A stretch of 64,000 nucleotides of DNA from the NCBI RefSeq assembly GCF_009914755.1, contig NC_060927.1; one strand, written 5' to 3'. This DNA is from the human T2T-CHM13v2.0 reference genome, Homo sapiens. Every line of letters begins with the position of its first letter. The first letter of the stretch is position 1. The notes beneath the pieces were generated by a model that worked only from the letters and a program-made list of their open reading frames with translations, did no database searches and was not told the DNA's origin. The translations under genes were made by a program, and so were the position numbers. Positions 28,773 to 44,381 of the stretch are shown here, piece by piece.

Positions 28773-28909
28773 AGATGGGAGGTGATTCAAAAACATTGAA
28801 CTAAATGCAGATAATGAACATGTTTCCATTTGTTCTCTACTATAGAAGATGAGATATATATTTTTTTCTTATCATATTATTTTCCTAAAGGACATATAAC
28901 CTAACCAAA

Positions 28910-29772
28910 GTATAGGGGCCAAAGGAAAACATTTCCTTCACCTTCTAAGCATCCACTGAAAATCAGCTCACAAAAGACAGATTAACTGGAGAGAAGGCAT
29001 ACAAACTTATTAACATGCATACGAGGCAGAAAAATAGCAATTACCCACCCCTCAGTGGGGTTCAAAAACTTACATATCATCTTCAGGCTATATAAAGACT
29101 GTGGGCTTGGATCCTGGCAAAATTGTTTAAGGGAAAGGGGAGAAGAGGATTTTTTTTTTTTTTTTTAAGATAAGGTCTTGGTCTGTTGTCCAGGCCAGTC
29201 TGGAGTGCAATGGTGCAATCATAGCTCACTATAGCCTCAAACTCCTAGGTTCAAGCCATCTCTTGCCTCAGCCTCCCAGTAGTTGGGACCATGCCTGGCT
29301 TATTTTTAATTTTTTATAGATACAGGATCTTACTATGTTGCACAGGCTGCTCTTGAACTCCTGGGCACAAGAAGAGGAATTCTGTTGAGGGACAATGAAT
29401 GATTATTAGGGAGAATGAAAGGATTGGGGACAGAGATTGGCCTGTAAATATTTCTCTTTGGAATTTACATGAACCTGAGCAACAGACATTATCTTGTGAA
29501 AGGGTGTGTTCAGGTGTGGTTACATTCTGAATCTTCTTTCTTTAATAGATAACGAGATACAGGGAGGGGACTGAATCTTCTTTCTTTAATAGATAACAAG
29601 ATACAGGGAGGGGAGGAACAAAACAATTGTTCTCTATGGTGGGACCTTACTGTCTTTATATAAATAGGGGAAAGGGCTCTTCTAGTGTCTGCTGATGTGT
29701 AAGAGCTTTAACTTAAAATATTCATTATACCAGGGAGCCATATTTTGGGGTGAAATTCCTTGCGCTCCTTCA
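28910..29772 (-). mobile_element. MER4-group (MER34-like) ERV1 LTR interrupted by an Alu
   Basis: Reverse complement starts TGAAGGAGCGCAAGGAATTTCACCCCAAAATATGGCTCCCTGG; internal 44-bp tandem duplication at 29527-29614. Confidence 0.65.
29150..29369 (-). mobile_element. 5'-truncated AluJ
   Basis: T tail, ATCATAGCTCACTATAGCCTCAAACTCC; TSD AGAAGAGGA on both sides. Confidence 0.85.
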
Positions 29773-30710
29773 GAAGTAAACTTTAGAAAACAAAACATTA
29801 TGTGGAATTTCATAACTAGCTTCAGCTCATCCTTGGCTCTTCCCCTTTGTCTATGGATATTAGGTATAAATCCCCTCAAGCTAGCTTCTCCTTGCAGTTT
29901 TGAGGTATTTAACAGTTTTTCATCCTGTGCCTTAATTTTAGACCAAGAGAAAACTTTTAAGAGTCCAAACCCAGCAGCTCACAAACAAGGAAACTGGTTG
30001 TAGCCCAAGTGACTTAGCCAAGAAAAGAGCAGATCTACTGCAGAAGGAATATCATAGCCAAAGTTTCTTCATAGTGAAACTTTTTGGCATTGAATGCTGG
30101 CTTCACCCACTACAGAAAGTAGAGACTTATACTTAACTTTAGGTACTTATTGTGCTTAACTTTGCAAAGCCTCAGTTTTATCAACCATAAATTAGGATCA
30201 ATAATCAAAATACCACCCTGCTAAGGGTTTTATGAGAACTCAATGAAGAAACCTATTTTAAATGTTTTTTAGATTTATGTTTATTCACATTTTTACTCCC
30301 TTCCAAAACCCCAATAACAAGGCAGAAATGTAATTTTTAGAAAACATAATTGCACAAAAGCTAATATACACACACACACACACAGATAGCAGAACTATAT
30401 CATCTATCTATCTAACTGTCAAAAGTGAATGGAGGATCCATAATTTACTTGATAGTGAGGAATAAACTAACCACAAGACTTGGAGTAACCAGCTACCACA
30501 GTCTGAGAGGGTGAGAATATAGCCAAAATGGTGACCAATTGTTACATAAACCACAGAGAATAGAAGAAGAAAAAAATCCCAAGGGTTTTCAGACCCAATG
30601 TCATGAACTGGATGGCAATACGTATAAAAAGATAGAACCACAAATTTTCACTCCTTTCACCTGTAGCTAGCAATTACCCGTAGAAATGGAGGTTGATTCT
30701 CTGGAGAAAT

Positions 30711-31694
30711 TGATGCAGGATACTTTCTTCACCACTTCGTGGGAGTTGCCAGAGGGGTGCCTCATTTATTCAGCCTATCCCACACAACCCCTCACAGAAG
30801 GAGGTGTGCGAGCCAACAAGTGCAGGAAGCAGCCACTTTAGCACCTGCACGAGTGAACTCCATTCACTCGGGTCCACTGGGCTCCACTCCTTGCAGGAGG
30901 GAGCACACAGACAAGTGAGTACAGGCACTGGCCACTTTGGCGCTGGCAGAAGTGAACTCCATGCAGGCCCTGCAACAGCGTCCAGATGGGGTGTCTGCGA
31001 CCCCAAGGCCCCAGAGGGCGTGGTACAATGCTCTCTTAGCTCTGCCGTCTGCAGAAAGCAGTGTGTTACCAGCTCAGCAGGCCCTCTGCCTCATCACATG
31101 GGGTGGCTGCCCTCCACCAGCGAGGGTGAAGGGTCAGTGTGATAGCCTTTTTGGGTACCCGCACCCGGTGCCTCCTGAATTCTTATTCAGTGACCAAGAG
31201 GAATGAGGTCACATGGACAAACTGAAGGATAATGAGTGTTGAGAATTTTATTGAGTGATGAAAGTGGCTCTCAGCAGAGAGGGGAGCTGGAAAGGGGACA
31301 GGAAGGGAAGCTCCATCTCCCCTGAAGTCAAATTGCCTTTCTGCCTCTCTCTTCCAAAGGCAAGTTGCCTCATCCACCCACTGTCTCAAAGTTGCCTCTT
31401 CTTAACATCCAGCTGCTTCTTCCTGACATGCTGCCACTTCTCTCTGCCAGGTGAGTCTGGGATCTTCATAGGCACAGGATAGGGGTGGGGTAGGCTATAG
31501 GTAGTTTTGGAAAAGGCAGCATTTGATTGGTAAAAAGACATTATTCAAAAAGAACCAATCAGGAGCGAGCAGGCACACAGGGATGGAAGTTCTCACTTTG
31601 GGCCACAGGTTTCAGGCTCTTCGGCTCAAAGGTGAGGTTTTGCCAGGGACCTGCCCTTGTCTGCCTAGAATCTCTCTGCTTCCTGCCTCTATCA
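30711..31694 (-). mobile_element. LTR28-like (LTR1/27/28 group) ERV1 solo LTR
   Basis: TG...CA ends, perfect 4-bp TSD AAAT, reverse complement starts TGATAGAGGCAGGAAGCAGAGAGATTCTAGGCAGAC, 984 bp. Confidence 0.75.
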
Positions 31695-31744
31695 AAATGG
31701 GCCTAAATAATGATAGGAGGTGGGGCTTAGAAATGAAATAATAG

Positions 31745-32889
<1,145 letters not shown>

Positions 32890-32982
32890 GGGTGTAACTG
32901 TTTAACCCTTTTAAAAAATGACTAAAAACTCTTTTACATTGTTAATTTAGTAGATGAACACATGACCAAGATATTTCTGGGG

Positions 32983-33291
32983 TTGTTTGTTTTTTGTTTT
33001 GGGACGGAGTCTCTCTCTTGTCACCCAGGCAGTAGTGTAGCAGTGTGATCTCGGCTCACTGCAACCTCTGCCTCCTGGGTTGAAGCAATTCTCCTGCCTC
33101 AGCCTCCCAAGTAGCTGCGATTACAGGTGCCCACTACCACGCCCAGCTAATTTTTTAATTTTTGTATTTTTGGTAGAGATAGGGTGTCATCATTTTGGCC
33201 AGGCTGGTCTTGAACTCCTGACCTCAGGTGATCCGCCTGTCTCAGCCTCCCAAAGTGCTGGGATTATAGGAGTGAGCCGCTATGCCCAGCT
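32983..33291 (-). mobile_element. AluSx/Sz-like
   Basis: Full dimer with CTCACTGCAACC and CCTCAGGTGATCC. Confidence 0.92.
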
Positions 33292-33696
33292 GTGCTATTT
33301 CTTATATAGTTTCCACTCTGGGGAGTATTCTTTGAGGCCAAATACATGACTTCTTTTCCATATTTATTTAATTTATAAGTGTTTGACGAGGATAAGTGAG
33401 GAATCTATATCTTCTATAGAGGATAACAACACAAATATGTATTTGCAGGTATGTTTATGTGTATAAAACATCAAGCTGGTTGAGTCTCTTATCCAAATCA
33501 TTGTGTGTGTATATGTGTGTTCTTACTTTTTTATTTGCTTGATTTTTAGTTACTGGAAGGCATGGATTAGAAAATTCCCCTATATTGTATTTTTTTATCA
33601 AGTAAAATGAGAAAGTAAATACCTATCATTGGGTGATTCCTTAAATAAATCATGATTAATTACATATTATAATCATTAACTAAAGACCATGAGATC

Positions 33697-34196
33697 TGTA
33701 GTGAGGGAATGGGAGAGTTTCATTTTCTATTAAAAAAAAAAAAACCCTGCAGATTGGAGAGATACAGCCTTCAATGCAAAACAAAAACCTGCTCCAAAGG
33801 GGAGTTGAAGTGTTAGATTATCAAGGCAAAAACCACAGGGCCGGGGAGGGAGGCAGGGGAATCAGGAGCAGAGACTTGATTGGACGACCTTCAGGCTCAA
33901 ATCACCAGTCTCTCTCAGTTGATTGGTTCCAGGTGGTTTGCTGCTGGTGAGTTGGGAAATTTCCAGTAGGAACTGGTTTGGTTTGGACCACCTGTAACAT
34001 TTCTACCAAGTGTCTGACACTAGCTACCTGGAGATAGCATCAGATCAAGTGTCCCAGGCAGTCCAAACCAAACCAAGTGTCACAAAGTACATGATTGCCC
34101 CTTCACTAAGCTGCGGCCCCCTGATTTTGTCTTAACTTTGAACACCTCAGCCACATGGAATCCATTTTTTCTGCTGGCTGGGGGCATACTTTAACA
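33697..34196 (-). mobile_element. Old ERV1 LTR (MER110/MER67-like)
   Basis: TG..CA ends (TGTAGTGA...CTTTAACA), TTTCTATTAAAAA...CTGCAGATTGGAGAGATACAGCCTTC; subfamily uncertain. Confidence 0.5.
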
Positions 34197-34604
34197 TAAT
34201 AATGTAATATAAAATATGTAGTATATAGTTTAGTCATTATAAACTTTTATATGCACAGTGTATGACTAAATAATTATATCCAACTATAATGAAATATAAA
34301 GTAGCCAGTAGCAAAATAGACATAGATCTTTTAATAAGGACGCTGCCAAAAATATAAAAGTAAATATAAATATAAAGGTAAAAATAAAGTTACAAAATAG
34401 AATTATAGATATTGTATAATTTTATATTTAAGTAAATACATGTACATGCATGTATACGGTTGCACAGTTATGCACAGAAATAAATTTGGAAGGATATGCC
34501 CCAAGATATTAACACCGGTGCTTTAGGATTTGGGGGATATAAGTGATGGCTACTTTTTCCTTTATTCTCCTTTGAGGTGATCTGACTTCTATAAGTATAC
34601 TTTA

Positions 34605-34954
<350 letters not shown>

Positions 34955-35478
34955 TCACTAGGTAAATCGGTTGTCATTAATCATGTTCCAAAGATAATAA
35001 CTACTTATTAAATTTACTCTTGTGTATCCAAAATTTCATAAATTAAACAGAATTAAACATAAATTAAAACAGAAAAACTACTCATATGCATTCGCTCTTG
35101 AAGGTTGCTCAAATGTCAAACACAAAAGTCAATGTGTCATTATAAAAGATAGGAAAAACCGAAGTGTTTTCCTACTCTGACAGAACTCAACACAACACTT
35201 CTGACACACCAGATGTGTGAGAGTTGTTTCTCTACACACCAAGCAAGTCTGCAGGGGACACCAGTTGGGTGTTATCTAATTCAATTCAATTCTGACACTA
35301 GCTTCCTGGAGATAGAGTCAGATTCCACAAGTTAAAGGCTCAGTCCTACAAGAGTTCTCCCTTATTTCATATGCCAGTTGCAGGTACCAGCTTGTTTTAC
35401 CTGTGATTCTGACCAACAGGTTAGGGCTATGATTTATAAGATTCCCAATCTCCTTCTCAGATTCCTTTAATTTGCTAT

Positions 35479-36529
<1,051 letters not shown>

Positions 36530-38519
36530 CTAGGAAGGTTCATAAGTTTCAGGGGAATCACGTAGCCTTTCCCAAAGGTTACAGGGTATTGATTAGGCGG
36601 TTGAAACTGCCAACCCCCTAATCATGCCTTGGTCTTTCTGTTGACCAGCCCCCATCCTGAAGCTATCTAGGGGACCCTAGCCACCAGTTATCTCATTAGC
36701 ATGCAAAAGACACTCTTATCACTTTGGAGTTTCCAGAGGGTTTAAGAGCTCTGTACCAGGAACCAGGAGCAGGCAGAGACCAAAAAAAAAAATTCATATT
36801 ACATCACAATATCACAGAAGTCTATACCTCAGAACTCTGCAAAATACCATTGCAAATCCTGTTACTTCCTGCAAAGTACTTGTGTCATTTAGTTAAATAA
36901 TCCAATAAGCACATTCTCAAGCTGTAGCTTTGTTTATATTTTCTCTAAAGATATGTTCCCAAGTAATAAAATATATTTGCTGTTATATTTGCCAAGTTGA
37001 TCCTTAGAAATAAGTAGTTTTTTTTCTTTCTTAAAATGCATTAGAGACTATAGATATTTAGAAATAACTTTTATTTAGCTTATATGGGTATTACCTGATG
37101 CAATAAATTACTATACTCTTTTCACAGAGGAGTTTTCATTCTATAAGTTGTTTACTTTGGGATAAAGATTAAGTCATGAAAGTGTATATAAGCATTATGC
37201 TAGCATTTTTGATGACAAAACATATAATAAATTGTATTATTTATATGATTTTTATTTTCATATGATGAGGAATTTAATTTGAAATCTGTTCATGGACTTA
37301 CATTTCACTACTGAGGCTATATTACCTACTGGAAAGGGGCTAAGATAGATGTTTTTAATTTAATTTTCTGACTTTTTGACGGAGAATGCTTTGTAACTTT
37401 TACATGACATATATCAGATCAAAATTTACTATTCACATTCCACTTAGTAAAAGTGCCCAAGCCATATGGTTTCTAGGCTCTAGTCTTATTACCACATAAT
37501 ATGTTCCTTTAATCTCTTCTTTAGCACTCAAAACAAAAATGCAGAAATCCCAGACTCTGAGTTTCTCTGATCTTGTATGGTGAAGGGCCCACTCCTATTT
37601 TTCTTCAAGTTTTTAAACAGTCCTAGAAAACAGGTTTTCATACAATAGATCACCATTTCAGATTTTTTTAATGTCAATATTCATGTTTTCTCAAGCACAG
37701 AGTTCTGTTTTAGTGCATTTAGTTGATTTACAAATGACTTGTACTGACTAATGTATAAAACATCTTAATAAGAGAAAGGGTTTTATCATGAAAACTGTGC
37801 CAAAGTCCTAAGTCCAATATCTATCATAAAGGGATTAAAGTCTTAAGTATTACACTGTCCTCTAAATTAAGGAAGTTGTCTCAGCTCAATTTCTAGCAGT
37901 TTCTGAATGTGATTTAACTGGATATGCAGTGATTAAATATCTTGTTGCTATCCATTTCTGGGAGGATTAACTCCATTTAAATGAATTCTCTTTCTCAATA
38001 TTTATTTCAAATAATTCCCTAGACTATCTTAGCTTATGGTGAAATAACTCAGGAAGTTATTTCATGTGGAAAATCAAAAAACTTAAACTTCAAATTTCAG
38101 TGTTATTAAGCTTTTCTTCTTGAGCAATCTAATGATAGGGTGTCAGTGCTGGGATGCTACCAACAATGAGAACACTTAATAAGTCATGAATATGCAAGAT
38201 ACAATAGACAGTGCTGATTTAGAAATCTTGAGACTCTACCTGATCTGCTTTTCCTTAATTTCATTCCAGAAATAATTGCTCCAATCCCTATTCTGTACAA
38301 TAACCTCATCAAAGATGATTTTAAAACATCTCTCTATATTGGATATATTATATTAATAAATGGATCATATCATCCTTATCATGTTGCTGATATGCAGAGA
38401 ATCCAGGAAAGATAGTTATGAAGGAAGGGTACCTGCGAGTACCTTCCTTCAAATATTCTAAGTCAATTGAGAGATTTAAATTTTTGTTGATATTCTATTG
38501 TTATTGTCTTCTTAGTGAT

Positions 38520-39750
38520 ATTTTTAAATGGTTTCAAATATGGCAAAATAGACATAACATTAGATTTACCATTTTTGCCATTTTTAAGTGTATACTTTAG
38601 TGGTATTAATTATATTCATACTGTTGTTCAGTCTTTACCACTACCCATCTCTAGAACTCTTGTTATGTTCCCAAACTAAAATTCAGTACCCATCAGATGA
38701 TAACTCCCTATCTTCCCCCTCCCTCAGCTCTTGGACAGAATCACTATTCTACTTTCTGTCTCTGAATTTAACCACTCTAAGTACCTCATATAAGAAAAAT
38801 CATAGAATATTTACCTTTTGTGAAAAGGTAAATTTGCCATTTACATAATGCCCCCAAGGTTCATGCATGTTGTAGTGTGTCTGGAGTTGGTTCCTTCCAG
38901 TGGGTTCATGGTCTCACTGACTTCAAGAATGGAGCTGCGGACCTTTGCAGTGAGTGTTACAGCTCCTAAAGATGGCACAGACCCAAAGAGTGAGCAGCAG
39001 CAAGATTTATTGTGAAGAGCGAAAGAACAAAGTTTCCGCAGCATGGAAAGGGACCTGAGTGGGTTGCTGCTACTGGCTGGGGTGGCCAGCTTTTATTCCC
39101 TTATTTGTCCCCTCCCCATGTCGTGTTTCTGTCTATCAGAATGCCCTTTTCTCAATCCTCCAATCTTGCTGGTTGGTCCATTTTACAGAGCACTGATTGA
39201 TCCATTTTACAAAGCGCTGATTGGTGCATTTTACAGAGCGCTGATTGGTACATTTTACAATCCCCTTAACTGATTGGTGCATTTTACAATCCTCTTGTAA
39301 GACAGAAAAGTTCTCTAAGTCTCCACTTGACCCAGGAAGTTCAGCTGGCTTCACCTCTCAGTAGCACATGTCAGAATGCCCTTTTTAAAGGGGGAATAAT
39401 ATTCCATTGTTTTCATATATATTTTGCTCATCCGTTTATTCATTGATGGGCAATTGGGTGGCATCTGCCTTTTGTTTATTATTAATAATGCTGCTATGAA
39501 TATAGTGTACAAATATCTCTTTGTGTTCTTGGTTCAATTCTTTTGGGTATTTACCCAGAATGGAATTGCTGGTAATTCTCTCTCTAATCTTTCAAGGACT
39601 TGCCATACTGTTTTTGACAGTGGCTGTAGCATTTTACATTTCCGCAGTAATGCACAAGCGTTCTAATTTCTCCACATCCTTGACAACATTTGTTATTTCC
39701 TTTTTTGTTTTTTTTTATAATAGCTATTCTAATGAGTATGAAGTGGTGTT
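38520..39750 (-). mobile_element. L1MB-type 3' fragment, split by LTR12
   Basis: AAAATAGACATAACATTAGATTTACCATTTTT 3'UTR; CAAGGTTCATGCATGTTGTAG|CACATGTCAGAAT continuity across the LTR. Confidence 0.8.
38876..39360 (-). mobile_element. LTR12F-type ERV9 solo LTR
   Basis: TGTGTCTGGAGTTGGTTCCTTCC...GGCTTCACCTCTCA, tandem CTGATTGG repeats, perfect TSD GTAG. Confidence 0.9.
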
Positions 39751-40779
39751 ACTGTCCTTTTGAGGCGGAACATATGGAGATGATTCTGTTAAAAAATACA
39801 CCTGGTCAGCCTTAGAACTTTAAATAAGAAACGATTTCTCAGGTTTTTATTATATATGGAAAATAGCACATAGACCTACTTATGGAATGCCAAAGTTATT
39901 CTGAACCTCAGACCGGTTCATTCATTCTTTCAATGAGTTATATTAAATGCTTTTACTATTTTCCTACCATTGTGCCAGGCAATAGTAAGGGTGCTCACAG
40001 TCTGGTATAAAAAATCAACAACTAAACAAACAAGGTTGCCATTATAGGGAAAGTCTTTATGGTTGGAGAGCATGAGAGCAAATTAAGTAGCCCAGTCTAA
40101 AAATCAGGAACAACTTTCTCCAGGAGGTAGAACTAAGTTCACACTTGGGTGAATAGAAGGCAGCAAGAAGGGAGAAGAAACTAGAACATATTCCAGATAT
40201 TAGGAACCAACTTCAAAATTTCATTTGGCCTTTCCTGACAGATTCTAGTAGTTCAGAGTTCATTTGCTGCCCAGCACAATAAACCAGTTAGTAAGTTGGA
40301 AAAATGACTTACTGGTTGCCTCAGAAACTCACTTTTATGCATAAAGGAAATTTGTGGAAATGTACTTGATCCTATTGATTTAAGCATCCACATGTTAATC
40401 TGGAATTTTCTGGCAGAGGTGTCATATGCCCACATACAGAATTACATGCTCTCTCTCCCAATACATGCTTGGCTAGAGTTTTCAATGAAGGAGGATCCCA
40501 CAGCTAATGTGGTACAAGAAACTGTATTTTCCCCCTTCCTGCAGCTTAGAAACACAAGGATCCTGAAGCTTCTGGGGCACAGACATGCAGGCATCACAGA
40601 GGTGCAACCAAGTATGTCTCCAAGGTGGGGATGGTGTTTTTCCTAGGTGCCCCTGAAAAATGAGTGCTGGAGATCAAACAGAACACACAATACACACAAT
40701 GTATCACAAAGGGTTTTCATACAAGTACTGGGTGTGGAGGAAACAGCCTGGGCAAAACCCTCAAAATAAAAGATAGCTC

Positions 40780-41217
40780 AACTCACTAAGGAACACAAAA
40801 TAACAAAGTACCACAATGTGTTGGCTTAATATAACCTACATTTATTTTCTTACTCTTCTGGAGGCTGGAAGTCCAAAATCAAGGTGTTAGGATCACATTC
40901 CCTCTGAAGGAACTAGGGAAGAGTCGTTTGCCTCTTTTCAGCTTCTGGTGGTTTCCAGCAATCCCTGGCCTTCCTTGTCTTGTGGCAGCATGACTCCAAT
41001 CTCTACCTTCACTACCACTGTGTTCTTCCTTGTGTCTGTGTGTCTCCAAATGACCTTCTTATAGGGACACCAGTCCTACTGGATTTAGGACCCAGTCTAA
41101 TACAGCATTGCATCGACTTATCTCATTTCATCAGCAACAACCACATTTTTAAATAAAGTCATATTATGATGTTCCAAGTAGCCATGAATTTGGGACTGAT
41201 GTTATTCAACTGGTACA
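40780..41217 (-). mobile_element. MLT1B-type MaLR LTR
   Basis: TAACAAAGTACCACA...GGAGGCTGGAAGTCCAAAATCAAGGTGT...ATTCAACTGGTACA. Confidence 0.72.
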
Positions 41218-41599
41218 AATAGAACCATGGAACTTCAGGCTGGACTATGACTTTTAACTTCTTCATTCATCAAAAGGAAACTAAGGAAACACTGAGGGAG
41301 CTATTTGGTTGTAGTGTGATATCAAATGATATGATCTGATGTGCAATATCCGAAGATTATTCTAGCTGTATATTAATAAGAGACTTAAATTGGGGAAATC
41401 TGTCACGATAAGCCGTGGGTCAGATGCTATGTGAAAAGTTAATGAAAAGTCTTTCTTATTTATGCCCTTTTCATTCTAGGCATTTTTTTTAAATGCAAAT
41501 AGAACCCATACCTAGTAATTTTGTAGTTCACTGAAAAATTTATGAATTTTCTATATTCAGGTATAGTAACAGAAGCATCCCATGTTCACTTATTTGTGT

Positions 41600-41910
41600 A
41601 CTTATTTTGCTTCTCATTTAATAGATATGTGCTAAGCACCTATCACATGTTAATCAATAATGTTAGGCATTGAGGGTGCAAAGGTGAGGAAAATAATAGA
41701 TATGTTCTTATAGTCAAATGGGTATACAGTAATTATAATCAAATAACCACAAAACCTAAATGCTTAATTAAGAGCAGGGACAAGATCTATGAAGAAAAGG
41801 TACAAACATTTTCATAAGAGCATTTCAAGCACTTATGAAATGCAAATAGGTTACTTCGTTTGGTTTGTGACATTGTGTTATAATAGGAATTGGACAAGAA
41901 AGTTTGATCA
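41600..41910 (-). mobile_element. L2 fragment
   Basis: CATTTAATAGATATGTGCTAAGCACCTAT...TAGGCATTGAGGGTGCAAAGGTGA. Confidence 0.5.
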
Positions 41911-41912
41911 GG

Positions 41913-42517
41913 TATGGTAGGCAGAATTTTAAGGATGGCTTTCCCAGATAGTAAGGATGGCTTCCGAGTCATTCAGACAAACACAAATCTAGCATTGCTA
42001 TGAATGGATTTCAAAGATGTAATTAAGATCCCAAGTCAGTGAGCCTAAAATCAGAAATTATGTAGATGGTGCTAACCCAGGCAGGTAAGTTCTTTAGAAT
42101 CAGAGAATTTTCTCTGGCTAGCACCAGAGGAGGAAGTCAGGGAGATCAGAAGCACCAGAAGGATTTCACACAGCGTTGCTGACTACAAAGACGCAGAAGA
42201 CCATGTGATGAGAAATACAGGTCATCTCTAGAAGACAAAACTGCCCCCAGGCAAAGATCCAGCAAACAAGGACCTTAGTCCTACAGCCACTAGACATGAA
42301 TTCTGTTGACAATCTAAATGAGCTTAGAGTAGATCCTTCCTCATAGCCTCCAGAGAAGAGTCCAGCCAGACAACAACTTGATTTTGGACTTTTTAGACCC
42401 TCAGCAGAGTGTTGAACCATGCTGTACTTCTGACTTATGAAAACTATAGATAATAAGTGTGTTTTGTGTTAAGCCACTTTGTGGTCATTTGATGTACAAC
42501 ACTAGAAAAGTAATTCA
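41913..42517 (+). mobile_element. MLT1E-type MaLR LTR
   Basis: TATGGTAGGCAGAATTTTAAGGATGG...GGACCTTAGTCCTACAGCCAC...TAGAAAAGTAATTCA. Confidence 0.75.
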
Positions 42518-44381
42518 GCAGGTAATTGGGGATGGAAGTGAATCATAGGTAACTAATCTAAAGAATTAATGTGCTGAGAGGTCTTAGAAATTGATTTCGA
42601 GTAGCATCCCTTTAAAGGATTTGAAGTTTCTGCTTCATTTTTGGGAACTCACTACAAACCAAAGCATATCCATTTTAAGATGACACAACTACAAATTTCT
42701 TTCTTATAATGAGTTGACATCTATCTTTGGTTTCCAGCTCTGGATCCTTGTTCTAGGCTTGAGGATTGCTGAAAGATAACACTCATAAAAGCTGTGGAAA
42801 GAAAACACTCATAAAAGCTGTGGGCCGATGTGACCTACTTATAGCAAAAATCACTTTAGTATTATCTGTAAACAATGAGAGAGGCGATGAAGGGAACTGC
42901 ACGGGCTACACTACTTTGCGCAAGTCACTTCTTATAAAATAAACCATTTGGTCTTTACAAGGTAACAGTGTCCGTTTTACATTTGAGGAAATCAGCTGGG
43001 AAGGGTTAAGTAAGCTGCCCCAAATCAATGAGCTATTAAGTGGTGGAAGGAGAATGCAATGCTCCTTTGAGTTGCCTGTTACTATACTTGTCCTTCTAGA
43101 AAAGGTTATAGTTTCCTGGTTGAGTAGTTTGGGGGGCATTAGATAAAGTGGTCCATTTAATCATTGATCGGAACTCCTATATAGAGGGATCAATGTTTAA
43201 AAGGGTTTTGTTATTTTCGTATTCGTATTTTCATCCAGTTAAAAACGTTACTGTTATCTTAAGAGGATATGTATATTGCAGCAAAGGTTAAGTTATGCTA
43301 TTGAGGCCCACTGAAGAGAAGAACGTTTCTCAGTCATAGAAGGTCAGCAACTCCAAAATAGAAAGACATCTGGGAACCATTTAATAAACTGATTTTTTCA
43401 AATGAAGAAGATAAGTAATGCATTCAATTTTATACATAGTGCCAATCCCCTAATTACTCCCTAGATTGCTCTGGTAACAGGAGTGCAAGCCTGAGTCTTT
43501 TGATATTTGGGGGCCATATTTTTGGAAGGTTCATTATTCTTCTTCATAACTATTATCACTTCCCATTTTACATTTTGTAAATTGTGTTCTACTATTACCA
43601 GTTAGCTTTCACCTTATTGTTTGGTCAGTTCCATTGGGTCAGGCACTATTGACATTTATCCAGTTTTCTTTCTTTTAATTCCCTCAGTATAATGGCTTTG
43701 TCATTTTTTAACAATTTTCAAGAATTATTTACCTGGAGATTGATACTTTGAAAAACTGAAATTATCTTCTCCTGTGGAGTAATTTTAGTCAGCTTCTATT
43801 TAAATAGATAAAAGGCCCAATCATTTGCTTTGAAATTTGTCCATAACATGTATGCATGTGATGTGTTAATTTATTTCATTACAGTGGAGTAAAAGCAAAA
43901 AGAAACATCACCTTTGTTGAACTTACAGGATGCTCTTCCCCTTTAAAAATAAAGCTCGTGTTTATTTACAGTAGGCAATGCTAGTTAAGTCTTGGTAAAG
44001 AGGAGAACCATGCATCTGATATTGGCATACCTTTGGAATGAAACATAGTACATGTTTAAACATATATTCCTTTGTAGCTGTTTCTCTTCTCTATTCCTCT
44101 CTCTAGACAAGAGATGAAAAATAGATTGTACTCTGCATGCCACTTCTAATCCATTGATTAGGAATGGCTTTCAAATGAAAATCTGAGAATCATTCTGAGT
44201 TCAGGGCCTTGTTCAGGAGTGAAGAATGTCATTCATGATTGACTATCAAGAGCACCAGAGACACAGAGGAAAGTGTTGGCATGCACACCGTGTACCCACA
44301 ATCTCAACTTTTCATCTCACTGTTTGGAAGGAGGAAACTGGATGTGGGTGTTGTGAAAAGCCCTGGCTCATCTGATGATTT

